Virus record (IMG/VR): IMGVR_UViG_3300035208_004923
Location: 192,001-256,000 of that record
Reading direction: 5' to 3' (one strand)
Source of the DNA: a virus
Taxonomy: Duplodnaviria; Caudoviricetes
Length of the DNA stretch: 64,000 nt
Numbering within the stretch: position 1 is the stretch's first letter; every line of letters begins with the position of its first letter. The notes beneath the pieces were generated by a model. That model was not told the origin of the DNA and did not search any database. It saw only the letters and a list, made by a program, of their open reading frames with translations. Positions 42,140-51,447 of this stretch are shown here, piece by piece. A program made the translations under genes and the position numbers.

Positions 42140-42150
42140 TTTATATATTT
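42140..42150 (-). promoter_or_regulatory. Late-type promoter variant AAATATATAAA
   Basis: One mismatch to consensus; heads the baseplate operon. Confidence 0.5.
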
Positions 42151-42232
42151 ATAAGAATTCATCAGCTGATTTGTAGGAAAAAACTTATCATAAAAAGATC
42201 TTTCATTTTTGATATAGTTGTATATTCAAATG

Positions 42233-42270
42233 AAAAAAAAGTCAATCTAATGGCTATAGATTGACTTTTT
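42233..42270. terminator. Intrinsic (possibly bidirectional) terminator
   Basis: AAAAAGTCAATCTA-7nt-TAGATTGACTTTTT. Confidence 0.8.
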
Positions 42271-42304
42271 ATGAATAGATAAGTTTGGGTGAGTATCTTT
42301 GTAA

Positions 42305-42751
42305 TTATCGGTTGTTTATCCAATAGTACATTGGATTTTTAATCGTATCGCATTGCATGATTCTAACGCGTTTTGTTTTCGGATATAGAATGATTTCGTC
42401 GAATAGCGGATAAACATCTTTGTTTGAATTTTCTTCATCGTCTATAAAAATAAATTTATCAATTGACTCTGTATCATTGATGTATTCTTTCAAATTCTCA
42501 ATCTTTTCGATAGTCAATTCAGTATTTATATAAATGATATTGAAAAATTTCTTTTTTGCAATAGATTCTCGTAAGATGCTTTGAATTTCGTTATTCACAA
42601 TGAATTGCGAATATTCATTCATAGATTCACTATTATAGTTAAAAGATTTTATTATATCTTGAACATTAATAACAGAAAATGAACGAAAATTTAAAAACGA
42701 ATTTTTAACTTTTTCATAATCTGCATTAGTTACGTAAAGTTTCATTTGCAT
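42305..42751 (-). CDS. Hypothetical protein
   Basis: 148-aa ORF in operon. Confidence 0.55.
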   Translation of the reverse strand: MQMKLYVTNADYEKVKNSFLNFRSFSVINVQDIIKSFNYNSESMNEYSQFIVNNEIQSILRESIAKKKFFNIIYINTELTIEKIENLKEYINDTESIDKFIFIDDEENSNKDVYPLFDEIILYPKTKRVRIMQCDTIKNPMYYWINNR

Positions 42752-42771
42752 ACGGTAATCTTTAATTTTGA

Positions 42772-43167
42772 TTATTTATTTGCCTTTTTTTCTGCAAGTA
42801 TTTGATTCTGTTTTTCGATTTTAGCCGCTTGTTTTTCTAAACGTTTTCGTTCAATTTCGTAATTGTGTAACACAAAAGCTTTTGCTTCTTCATATGTTTT
42901 TCCTTTACGTATAAAATTACCTTTATGGTCAACAACATCGGCCATAAGTTCTCTTAATATCTTTGCTTCTTTTTCAACAGCTTGTTTGTCTTGTTCGTTT
43001 ATTACGCTTTCTTTGAATTGCAAATTAAGCTGTTTGCCCATTTCCATTCTTCTTTGCTGAAATTCTGCACGTTCCTTTGGATCTGTTGGCTTTACAAGAT
43101 TGAAAGTTTTTTCTAATTGTTTTCTTTCTCTTCTGCTGTAATGTTTTTTTGCTGTTGCTGTTGACAT
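42772..43167 (-). CDS. Hypothetical charged helical protein
   Basis: 131 aa, K/E-rich; overlaps the 3' end of 43113..43901. Confidence 0.55.
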   Translation of the reverse strand: MSTATAKKHYSRRERKQLEKTFNLVKPTDPKERAEFQQRRMEMGKQLNLQFKESVINEQDKQAVEKEAKILRELMADVVDHKGNFIRKGKTYEEAKAFVLHNYEIERKRLEKQAAKIEKQNQILAEKKANK

Positions 43168-43901
43168 TGTTCTTGTGTATTAATGTTATAAATTTTAATT
43201 AAATTATTTTTGATTTGACTATCCAAATCGTTTTGTTTTATTTTATTTATCAATGCATTTAATAAGCCATCCATGTTATCATTTACAAAATCATCATCTA
43301 GCATATCAAAAAATCCAAGAACTGGTAACTTAACTTTTAATGTTAAATTCATCTCTAATTCGACTTTTTTTGTTTTGTCAATTATTGCATTTAATGGATT
43401 TTCAATTGGCGGACGATATGATTGCAAGTTATCATGTGAAATACCTTGCGTGAAATCTGCGTGTGACATTGATTCATCGCCATCTTCTCTTAATCCACCA
43501 GCAAAATTATCATTACGAGATTGCTGTACTTGTTGAACAGGCGGCATATCATCAGGATGCGGAATTGCTTTAGCAGTTCCCATTGAGTATTTTCCATCTT
43601 TCATGCTATTTGCTAATTCTTCCTCTGTTGGATAATCATAAGCAGCAACTTTCTTATTTGACGGTTTCTTTTGCTTTGGTGGTTGTGCAACTGGTACTTC
43701 ACCAATGGCAAATAATGGTTCGGCAAGTGATGGTATTTGTACTAAGAATTCGTCAACAAGATTTTTGTTTAATAGTCTACCGCTTTCAAATACCAAGAAT
43801 GCAGCATCACCAATTGTTTGTTCTGATTGTAATTTGTCGACTTGTGAATAGTTTTCACCTTTTTTCCATTGATAGCATAAAGGTTCTTCTTTTTTGGCCA
43901 T
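43113..43901 (-). CDS. Hypothetical protein
   Basis: 262-aa ORF. Confidence 0.55.
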   Translation of the reverse strand: MAKKEEPLCYQWKKGENYSQVDKLQSEQTIGDAAFLVFESGRLLNKNLVDEFLVQIPSLAEPLFAIGEVPVAQPPKQKKPSNKKVAAYDYPTEEELANSMKDGKYSMGTAKAIPHPDDMPPVQQVQQSRNDNFAGGLREDGDESMSHADFTQGISHDNLQSYRPPIENPLNAIIDKTKKVELEMNLTLKVKLPVLGFFDMLDDDFVNDNMDGLLNALINKIKQNDLDSQIKNNLIKIYNINTQEQCQQQQQKNITAEEKENN

Positions 43902-43910
43902 ATTTTTAAA

Positions 43911-44252
43911 TTAAAAAGTAATATAATTTCTATACATATAAAGATACTCTCGCATCCATTCAGTTTGTTCTTCTGTTCGACTCCATTCGATTAAATCTTC
44001 TCTAAAATTCTTCAGAAAATCTCGGTAATGTGCTTCATGATCTCCTTTAGATATAACGTTTAATTCTCGAGACGGTATTGTGAATGTATGAGATGTTCCT
44101 TTTATTCTCCAGTATACAGTAGTTTTTGTTCCTGCAAAATTTGCATTTGCATATTCGATTGTTATTGGATTAAGCCATCCGGCTAAATTTGCAATTTCTA
44201 ATTCTTTTATGCTCGATTTTTCGAATGCATTAAAATCAAAATGATGTGGCAT
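43911..44252 (-). CDS. Hypothetical protein
   Basis: 113-aa ORF; weak class-2 promoter at 44272-44298. Confidence 0.55.
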   Translation of the reverse strand: MPHHFDFNAFEKSSIKELEIANLAGWLNPITIEYANANFAGTKTTVYWRIKGTSHTFTIPSRELNVISKGDHEAHYRDFLKNFREDLIEWSRTEEQTEWMREYLYMYRNYITF

Positions 44253-44306
44253 AATGTCTTTCTGTTATGTACTTATATAATTTGTATACTTAAGTTTTAA
44301 TTAGTT

Positions 44307-44981
44307 TCAATCCCATTTTGCTTTTGGCAGAAGCTTTTTACCTAATTCTATAAATTTTTCACGTACTGTATTGATTTCTATTTCATTAATAAACAGATGT
44401 TTTCTTTCTTCTAGCCACATTTCAATTATCGTGTTCATTGATACTTTCATCGTTTTTGCTTTTTGATGAAAACCGTATACGTATGCATATAATTCGGGGT
44501 ATTCAAGAACATAACTGAAATATGATTCATCGTCACTTTCAATATCATTAATTTTCAAAAAATCTTTTTTGATGATTAATTCTAAATCCTCATCTTTGTT
44601 TGTGTTATTAAATTGGGACACATGCTCAATTTCATGTCGAATTGTATCTTTAAATTCTGCTATGAAATTATTATATTCTAATGGAAACTTTTTATTGTTT
44701 ATAATGATACTAAAAATAACATATGAAAAATTGCCGTGATCATAATTATCAACACAACCGTCTATGTCAAATGCCATTTCAGCATCAGGATCTTTCGATA
44801 TTCTTACGGTAAATGGCACAACATCAATAAAATCAATGTCGCTTTGTATAATTATGTTTTTCTTTCTAGATTTTAAGAATTTTTTCAATTCTTGAACATA
44901 ATATCTACTTATTTCTAATACGATAGCATTATAACTTCCAGTAAATACAAATGTTGCAAAATCTATTCGTTTACGTTTCAC
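44307..44981 (-). CDS. HExxH zincin-like protein
   Basis: IRHEIEHVSQ plus downstream ELYAY. Confidence 0.55.
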   Translation of the reverse strand: MKRKRIDFATFVFTGSYNAIVLEISRYYVQELKKFLKSRKKNIIIQSDIDFIDVVPFTVRISKDPDAEMAFDIDGCVDNYDHGNFSYVIFSIIINNKKFPLEYNNFIAEFKDTIRHEIEHVSQFNNTNKDEDLELIIKKDFLKINDIESDDESYFSYVLEYPELYAYVYGFHQKAKTMKVSMNTIIEMWLEERKHLFINEIEINTVREKFIELGKKLLPKAKWD

Positions 44982-45238
44982 GTTAACCCTTCTTTAATCT
45001 TTGTTCTTATTTCATCTTCGTATTTGTCCCATTCAACATTATCATATTCTTCTTTCATTTTATTTAGAATATATTCTGTTGCTTCTCCGCAATCATAACT
45101 GTTTGGATTATTGTAATTTGGAAATTTTGTTGCGATATCTTCCCAATACGCATCTTCCAATGAATTGTCATATATTGCATCAGCTTCAGGCGATTCCATT
45201 AACAGAAATTCGTCAAATGTAGGTATTCTTTTGTTCAT
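44978..45238 (-). CDS. Tagged small acidic protein
   Basis: MNKRIPTFDEFLLME. Confidence 0.65.
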   Translation of the reverse strand: MNKRIPTFDEFLLMESPEADAIYDNSLEDAYWEDIATKFPNYNNPNSYDCGEATEYILNKMKEEYDNVEWDKYEDEIRTKIKEGLT

Positions 45239-45243
45239 TGCGT

Positions 45244-45624
45244 TTATGAATTTAATTGTTGTGTTTGGTCATCAGATACTGTTACGTCCGATGTAGTATC
45301 GGTTGATGCATTATCAGTTGTTGTATTATCAGTTGTTGCATTATCTGTTACTTCATTTCTATGCAATGGCATATTGCCATCTTTTGATAATTTTCTAGCA
45401 CCTAATAAAACAGTTCCTAATGTAACCATACCGAGACTTTGTAACAATACATTGTCTGCTCCTGATGAAACTCCTAAAAACCAATACATTGCCAACCCTG
45501 ATACAAATCCTATTAATCCTGTCATCACAGACAATACACCTGCGAAACCGGAACCTGATGTTTTTCCGTTGTTATTACTGAAAATTTCTCTCCAGTTAAA
45601 TTTCGTGATATTTGAAATGTCCAT
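45244..45624 (-). CDS. Two-TM membrane protein, holin-like
   Basis: NGKTSGS motif, two hydrophobic helices, Thr/Asp-rich tail encoded by 15-nt tandem repeats (45311-45350). Confidence 0.5.
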   Translation of the reverse strand: MDISNITKFNWREIFSNNNGKTSGSGFAGVLSVMTGLIGFVSGLAMYWFLGVSSGADNVLLQSLGMVTLGTVLLGARKLSKDGNMPLHRNEVTDNATTDNTTTDNASTDTTSDVTVSDDQTQQLNS

Positions 45625-45638
45625 GATATTTAATTATT

Positions 45639-47048
45639 TTAATATACTTTTGCAAACACAGATGAAAATGATGATTGCGATGCAGCATATAAAACTATAT
45701 CATTTATAATATCATTTTCTTTGTTTGAATTTTTTATTGCACTTAAAACTTTCATTCCAAGATATTTTGAAAAAATCCATCCTTGTTCGCTAGGATTTGA
45801 TGCTTTGCCTTTTACAAAATCGCCAAACGTGTTTATATCATACGAATGAGAGTTATCAAATTCATTGTATAATAAGAACATGTCATCAATGAAATTTGCA
45901 TCAGGCTTCATTGAATTTTTCTTTATTTCAGTATAATTCAAAATTGGTGGCGTTACACCATTATAATTCATAATTCCTAAAATAGGTGTCAAACCGCATT
46001 TGCCACCAGCTGCGTATTTGCCTTGTATTTCTAATGCCCAATTTGAAAAAGCATTAAATGTTCTACCTTCAGATTTGCCACCATTGAATGACATAAATAC
46101 TTTCATATTTGATTCAAATGTTGATTTTTTTCCGTCCGAAACAGTATATGTTATAGGATGAAAGTTTGGTTTTTCGCTACCGCCATTAAATATTTCAACC
46201 TTAGGTTTACCTTCGGTTTTCTTTAACGATATTGGAACAAACTGTCTTTTATTGAATAACTCTAAAATCTCTTCATTTAGCGCAGGTAATGATGTAGTGT
46301 TTAAATCTGCAACAATAACAGATGGCAATATACCAAAAATATCGGCGGGATTCCATTTATCAGAATTAAAAGAAATTTCAGAATTTGTTCCTGCTGTTTT
46401 TGCGAGTTCATATATTTTTTTAAAGATTGCTGAACCTCTATGAAAAATCATTCCTTTTGAAATAATGCCTTTATTGAATAATTCATTTGCAATTACAACT
46501 GATGATGTAATCCAATCATCTTCAATTTTGCTTATAACATCATCAACCGATGTTGATGCTTGAACGTATTGTGCCGCTTTTTTCAATACATCAGGAGTGA
46601 ATGCGCTTTCATCAGATTCTGAATTTAAAATATTGCAAACAGCAGAACAATAATAGCATTGTGCAGATTCATTTAAATCTGTATTATCAGCACCTCCGCG
46701 TTTTCCGCCTCCGCTACCAAATTCAGCAGTTTTCAAGAATTGCGATGTTGATATAGTAGTCGACTTGCCCTTTATTTCACCTTTTAAATTGAATGATAAT
46801 GGGTGTGTTAAATCTAAATTATTTATTTTATTGATTGCATCATCAGTATCAGTAACCGTAAAAAAACCACCTTTTACTAATTCTATAGGCTCGTGATTCA
46901 TTATTTTACGTTTCAAAATTTCGGTGCGAAGTTCACCTGTTTTTGAATTTATTTTTCCTAATTCTTGTGCACCAAGGTTTGTTTCGTTTAACTGTGTTTT
47001 TAAATACTCGTCTAAACCTAAAAAACCATTAATGTTTATATGCTTCAT
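45639..47048 (-). CDS. Putative PD-(D/E)xK-like nuclease
   Basis: NESAQC, KWNPADIF, ISLKK motifs; N-terminal LDEYLKTQLNE. Confidence 0.45.
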   Translation of the reverse strand: MKHININGFLGLDEYLKTQLNETNLGAQELGKINSKTGELRTEILKRKIMNHEPIELVKGGFFTVTDTDDAINKINNLDLTHPLSFNLKGEIKGKSTTISTSQFLKTAEFGSGGGKRGGADNTDLNESAQCYYCSAVCNILNSESDESAFTPDVLKKAAQYVQASTSVDDVISKIEDDWITSSVVIANELFNKGIISKGMIFHRGSAIFKKIYELAKTAGTNSEISFNSDKWNPADIFGILPSVIVADLNTTSLPALNEEILELFNKRQFVPISLKKTEGKPKVEIFNGGSEKPNFHPITYTVSDGKKSTFESNMKVFMSFNGGKSEGRTFNAFSNWALEIQGKYAAGGKCGLTPILGIMNYNGVTPPILNYTEIKKNSMKPDANFIDDMFLLYNEFDNSHSYDINTFGDFVKGKASNPSEQGWIFSKYLGMKVLSAIKNSNKENDIINDIVLYAASQSSFSSVFAKVY

Positions 47049-47060
47049 TTATTATTTTAT

Positions 47061-47071
47061 TTTATATATTC
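47061..47071 (-). promoter_or_regulatory. Late-type promoter GAATATATAAA
   Basis: Exact motif. Confidence 0.65.
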
Positions 47072-47098
47072 ATCAAAAATTGTCTTTATGAACTGCAT

Positions 47099-47125
47099 AA
47101 AAAAAAGGGAACCGAAGTTCCCTTT
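47099..47125 (-). terminator. Intrinsic terminator with C(UUCG)G tetraloop
   Basis: Minus strand AAAGGGAAC-TTCG-GTTCCCTTTTTTT. Confidence 0.85.
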
Positions 47126-47169
47126 ATTCAGCATTGCCGACCACTTTGTTTTTAAGAAACAAAGAAAAC

Positions 47170-48291
47170 TTATTCCATTTCAACAAAATGAGGATATTCA
47201 ACTTTTTGTTGTGAAGCAATTAATTCCATGTCAAGTTCTTTTGCTGTAAATATGCCAGTGATTGCATTTTTCAATTCGTAAGCATGAGCTTCAGACATTT
47301 TCGATTCTTCAATATGTGATGCCAACCAAGTGTTCAAATTGATAAAATCATACGCGTTAATTCCAGTATCTGCACTTGCTTTCCACGTTTTCGATTTTTT
47401 GCAAACGTTATCGCCCCATGCTTTGTAGAATGGCGCTTCGATAAAATATTTATCTGCTAATTCTTCATACCCACGTTTAATCAAAAAGTTACGGTGATTA
47501 TAGAATTCACGTAATGAAATTGTTGTTCCTTTCATATGTTCAGCAAATCCTTTTATAAGATGTGCAACATTATCGTTATCTTCAGATAATGCATTTGATA
47601 TTGCCTTTTCAAGTTTCTCATTATTAAATGATGCTTTTGAGATATTTGAACGGAAACCGTATGATGGTTTTCTCATGCCATTACCGCAGATAAGACGGTC
47701 GAAAAATGGTTCGTTAATAAAAGAAGTTGAATTGAATATTAATGTTTGACCTTGTTTCCATAAGTCATTTTCAAAAACTTCAATTGGATTACTATCATTT
47801 AATAATGAAATTGTGTATTTGGAAGTTTCATTATCAAATCCTATTTTAGATAATGACCAATCAACAGATGATGTTGATAAAATGCGAGTTACTGTTTCAA
47901 CAAGTGCTTTAGAATTTGTTAAATCATCAGCCTTATTTTTCTTTGGATTTTTGAAGAAGATTGCATCAATTGTATGCGTTCCATCAGGATTATGTAGCAA
48001 TGATCCGTATAAATTAACATCGCCTTTTGCTGCTTTTAATCTGCTTGAAACTAAATTCCAATCAGTCACTTCCATTAAACTTTGATATTCTTTAAATGCA
48101 GGTTTTGCGTTTAAAACACTTAAAACAGCATCAGCTGCTCTGTCAGTTAAATCCATTTCATCAACAATGAATTTATCATTAATTACAATGTCTTGTAAAT
48201 TGAATTGCACAATATCACGTCTTGTTGGTGTTTCACGTTCAATTGCTTCAACGAATTGATTAATTTGGTCAATAGTACCTTTATTTTTCAT
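47170..48291 (-). CDS. DUF932-like protein
   Basis: RLICGNGM motif; NAYDFINLNT. Confidence 0.5.
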   Translation of the reverse strand: MKNKGTIDQINQFVEAIERETPTRRDIVQFNLQDIVINDKFIVDEMDLTDRAADAVLSVLNAKPAFKEYQSLMEVTDWNLVSSRLKAAKGDVNLYGSLLHNPDGTHTIDAIFFKNPKKNKADDLTNSKALVETVTRILSTSSVDWSLSKIGFDNETSKYTISLLNDSNPIEVFENDLWKQGQTLIFNSTSFINEPFFDRLICGNGMRKPSYGFRSNISKASFNNEKLEKAISNALSEDNDNVAHLIKGFAEHMKGTTISLREFYNHRNFLIKRGYEELADKYFIEAPFYKAWGDNVCKKSKTWKASADTGINAYDFINLNTWLASHIEESKMSEAHAYELKNAITGIFTAKELDMELIASQQKVEYPHFVEME

Positions 48292-48327
48292 ACTTTTTAA
48301 ATTAAGAATTTGTAAAATTATTTATCA

Positions 48328-48355
48328 ATTATATACACAAGTAATTAAAAGTTTT
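48328..48355 (-). promoter_or_regulatory. Class-2 promoter AAAACT-N13-GTATATAAT
   Basis: Exact consensus. Confidence 0.65.
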
Positions 48356-48725
48356 AATTCCATGTAGGTCGATGTCTTGTATATTTTGTAGGATCGTCAT
48401 CAGCCTGTGCAACTTTATTAATTAGGTTTTGTTCTGAATCGTCTTCATTATGTTCAGTATTCGATTTCGCTTCTGGACCTAATGAACGTGAACGTTCTTT
48501 ATACATAAAGTCAATAATTTTGTCTGGGTATTTACTACCGCCATTTGCATTAAGTTCTTCTCTTGCTGTTCGTAAATCATCATGTGTTTGCGCCATTACA
48601 AAATACGCTCTAAGTTCATCACCATATTTTGCAATTTGGTCAGCCATTCCTTTATAATCATCAAAACTTGGAATTCTTTTTCTATCATTTGATGAACCGG
48701 GTGTATCGTATAAACTATTTGACAT
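48354..48725 (-). CDS. Tagged small protein (tag after a short extension)
   Basis: ...NDRKRIPSFDDYKG; own late promoter. Confidence 0.6.
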   Translation of the reverse strand: MSNSLYDTPGSSNDRKRIPSFDDYKGMADQIAKYGDELRAYFVMAQTHDDLRTAREELNANGGSKYPDKIIDFMYKERSRSLGPEAKSNTEHNEDDSEQNLINKVAQADDDPTKYTRHRPTWN

Positions 48726-48736
48726 TATTGTTTTAT

Positions 48737-48747
48737 TTTATATATTC
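48737..48747 (-). promoter_or_regulatory. Late-type promoter GAATATATAAA
   Basis: Exact motif after terminator. Confidence 0.65.
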
Positions 48748-48756
48748 GTTATGCAT

Positions 48757-48788
48757 AAAAAAACGGTCGTACCTTTCGATACGACCGT
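48757..48788 (-). terminator. Intrinsic terminator with GAAA tetraloop
   Basis: Minus strand ACGGTCGTATC-GAAA-GGTACGACCGT plus T-tract. Confidence 0.8.
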
Positions 48789-48819
48789 ATTCATCCAATA
48801 AATATTTGGCAACATTATA

Positions 48820-49257
48820 TTAGATACTTGTTGTGTTTTTCTCAAACAATTTTGAAGCGATGTAATTTTTATCTTCCATTTTCAATTTTGCAGATTTGAT
48901 TCCTTGATTGAATCTTTGTTCGCATGTACTTGATTGTTCAGAACCAGTTGCTTCTCTATATTTTAATAGCATTTCCGCATGATTAGAACTGTTTGCAATT
49001 TTTTTGATTTCTAGTACAGATACCGATGTGCCGTTATTATCATTAAAGATTTTTACGATATGGTCACCTTCGTCGATTGGAATTAAGCTTTGTTTAGAAC
49101 CGAATTGTCTGATGAAAATAGAATTCTTAATCTCCCCTTCTTTACCTATTACAACGATTGCTCTTTTAAGATTATCGAACTCGGTATAAGATTCCCATAA
49201 GCAAGGTGTTCCCGATTTTGTGCGAGCAATTTTGATTTGTTTTTCGTTAATTTCCAT
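48820..49257 (-). CDS. Hypothetical protein
   Basis: 145-aa ORF with class-2 promoter. Confidence 0.55.
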   Translation of the reverse strand: MEINEKQIKIARTKSGTPCLWESYTEFDNLKRAIVVIGKEGEIKNSIFIRQFGSKQSLIPIDEGDHIVKIFNDNNGTSVSVLEIKKIANSSNHAEMLLKYREATGSEQSSTCEQRFNQGIKSAKLKMEDKNYIASKLFEKNTTSI

Positions 49258-49296
49258 ATGTTTAATTTATTGTTAATTTTTATTAATTTGTTTAAT

Positions 49297-49324
49297 ATAT
49301 TATACATAATAGTTAAATAGTTTT
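49297..49324 (-). promoter_or_regulatory. Class-2 promoter AAAACT-N13-GTATAATAT
   Basis: Near consensus. Confidence 0.55.
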
Positions 49325-49391
49325 ATATTTCAAATTTTCTTTAAATGCAATGTATATATAATTATATAAATAAATTATAAAAAATATAAAC

Positions 49392-49535
49392 ATGAAAAAA
49401 CTTACAGCTTTCTCCATAGAAGAATCAATTGCAGATGAATTTGATAAACTTGCAAAAGAAAATTCTTTAAACAAATCAAGTTACATACAAAAATATATGG
49501 AAGCTTATATAAAAAAATGCAAAGAAAATGTATAA
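49392..49535 (+). CDS. Ribbon-helix-helix (Arc/CopG-like) protein, 47 aa, not in ORF track
   Basis: Hand translation MKKLTAFSIEESIADEFDKLAKENSLNKSSYIQKYMEAYIKKCKENV; similar to 61507..61710. Confidence 0.7.
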   Translation: MKKLTAFSIEESIADEFDKLAKENSLNKSSYIQKYMEAYIKKCKENV

Positions 49536-50199
49536 AAATAAATGCAAAATATGTGGGCAGTTATTTAATGCTAAATCACCAGCTTCAAACCGTTGCGATA
49601 ACTGTATTACCGTAGAAAAACATTGCGTTCAATGCAATTCAGTATTTACCGTTATAAATTCAGACAAAGGTATTTCACAACAATTTTGTTGCAAAAGTTG
49701 CGCAGCAACGCATGTGCATAACAAGATCGACGTAAAGAAACGAATGTCAGATTTTCAAAAGAAACGTCAAAACACTCCTGCTGTTAAGGAAGCAAAATCA
49801 AAGTTTCAAAAAGAATACCAAAATAGACCAGAAGTAAAAGCTGAAACGTTCAAACGTTTACAACGATGTTTTAAATATAAAGAATTCATATTGCCGTCTG
49901 GAAAAATTGTTAAAATTCAAGGATATGAACCACAAGTTTTGACTGAACTTTTAAAAACGTATAACGAAGACGATATAATTATTGGTATAAAGGAAATGAA
50001 TAAATCAATTGGCAAAATTGATTATTTTTACGAAAATAACGTTCATACATACTACCCAGACTTTTATATTAAATCTATAAATACGATTATAGAAGTCAAA
50101 AGCGAATGGACGTATTCTAAAGAATTAGAAAAGAATTTAGCAAAACAACAAGCTTGCCTTGCTAAATTGTTTAATTTTGAATTCGTTATAATAAACTAA
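49528..50199 (+). CDS. Zn-finger + PD-(D/E)xK endonuclease (homing endonuclease-like)
   Basis: CKIC/CDNC/CVQC/FCCKSC; LPSGKIVKIQGYEP; HTYYPDFY...IIEVKS. Confidence 0.75.
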   Translation: MYKNKCKICGQLFNAKSPASNRCDNCITVEKHCVQCNSVFTVINSDKGISQQFCCKSCAATHVHNKIDVKKRMSDFQKKRQNTPAVKEAKSKFQKEYQNRPEVKAETFKRLQRCFKYKEFILPSGKIVKIQGYEPQVLTELLKTYNEDDIIIGIKEMNKSIGKIDYFYENNVHTYYPDFYIKSINTIIEVKSEWTYSKELEKNLAKQQACLAKLFNFEFVIIN

Positions 50200-50594
50200 T
50201 TAGTTTTATTTGCTTTAATTTGTTTGAATGTTTCGATATTAAAAGTAGTGTCATTTTCTTTTTCCCATTTTGCTATCATATCGGTAAGTTTTGATATTTC
50301 GGCATTTGCTGCATCATAAAAATCAAAACCTAATTTTGATGCGAGTATAGCCATATAAAATAAAGTATCACCCATTTCAGTTTTAATTTTTTCTTTGCGT
50401 TCTTCCGTTAAAATGCCGTCATCGTCACGCATCATTTTTTTAATTTCGTCACCGGCTTCACCCGCTTCTGCACACATTGCTAACGCAAGATATAGTAATT
50501 CTTCTCTTTTGGTTTCGCCTACAAAATAATATGTAGAGTTTACCATGTCTTGGAATTTGTTGAATTGTCCAAATCCGTTAATGCCCATTCCCAT
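50196..50594 (-). CDS. MazG-like NTP pyrophosphohydrolase
   Basis: EAGEAGDEIKKMMRD...EMGDTLFY. Confidence 0.85.
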   Translation of the reverse strand: MGMGINGFGQFNKFQDMVNSTYYFVGETKREELLYLALAMCAEAGEAGDEIKKMMRDDDGILTEERKEKIKTEMGDTLFYMAILASKLGFDFYDAANAEISKLTDMIAKWEKENDTTFNIETFKQIKANKTN

Positions 50595-50595
50595 T

Positions 50596-51444
50596 TTACT
50601 TTATATCAAAAAAATTACTTAATCCTTCAATGTATTGTTCGGTTGTTGCTTCTTCTGCTGCTTGATGTAATACAAACTCCGTGTACGATTTCGCATCCCA
50701 TGTCATTGAATATTCACCATCTTCATCAATGTCAAACATGCGTTTTTTCAATATAAATGACTTTGGCATTGTTAATAGTTCTTTTGTTATTTCATTTGCA
50801 ACATCAAAATGTCTTTCATAAAAATGTATATTATCGGCAAAATGATAATATGTTCCTAATTCCAAATCAGGATATTTTGTTTCTTTTAACCATAAATACA
50901 TATGCTGTTGAACAAAAGAAAAGAATGGCGCATCAAATGTAAAACCAAAAAATATATCATTTGACCGCATAGTAACTTTCATATTCAATTTATTTTTTCT
51001 TACAAAGAAATTTAGGGAAAACGTACATACGAAATCTTTATTTCCTTTGTATTGAAACTTAGGCTGATTTAAAAATGCAACTGCTTGTCTTGTATCAATA
51101 TCAGCAACTAAGGAGTCATAAACCCATCGTAGCTGTTTTCCAAATAATAGATTACCATAATTTGAATTTATTTCGCCATTTTCATCGGCAATTCTGTTCC
51201 AAAAACTTGAAAACGGTTTTATGTTATCCAATGATTTTTCTCTGCGTAAATACCATCCAAGTTCACCTGCTAAATATTTCCAGGGAAATTCTCTTGCTTT
51301 AAAATCAACAATTGGATAACGCGGGTCAATCTCCATCATTTCTAATAATGTTTCTTTGACTTTTAATCCTCTTGGATTTACTTCATTGTTGCTTTTTTGG
51401 ATTTTTTTAATTACTCTTACAAATTCTTTTGTTGCTGTTTCCAT
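50596..51444 (-). CDS. dCMP hydroxymethylase-like thymidylate synthase homolog (T4 gp42-like)
   Basis: GEINSNYG, DFVCT (catalytic Cys), MRSNDIFFGFTFD with Asp at the dUMP/dCMP specificity position, HFYERHF. Confidence 0.8.
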   Translation of the reverse strand: METATKEFVRVIKKIQKSNNEVNPRGLKVKETLLEMMEIDPRYPIVDFKAREFPWKYLAGELGWYLRREKSLDNIKPFSSFWNRIADENGEINSNYGNLLFGKQLRWVYDSLVADIDTRQAVAFLNQPKFQYKGNKDFVCTFSLNFFVRKNKLNMKVTMRSNDIFFGFTFDAPFFSFVQQHMYLWLKETKYPDLELGTYYHFADNIHFYERHFDVANEITKELLTMPKSFILKKRMFDIDEDGEYSMTWDAKSYTEFVLHQAAEEATTEQYIEGLSNFFDIK

Positions 51445-51447
51445 CTA

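Larger units (their letters stand above)
49297..50199 (+). mobile_element. RHH + endonuclease cassette 1
   Basis: Opposite strand to its surroundings; same architecture as 61423..62524. Confidence 0.55.

Noticed and set aside
50596-51444. Canonical thyA
   Set aside because: Asp at the specificity position and gp42-type motifs favour a dCMP-modifying enzyme
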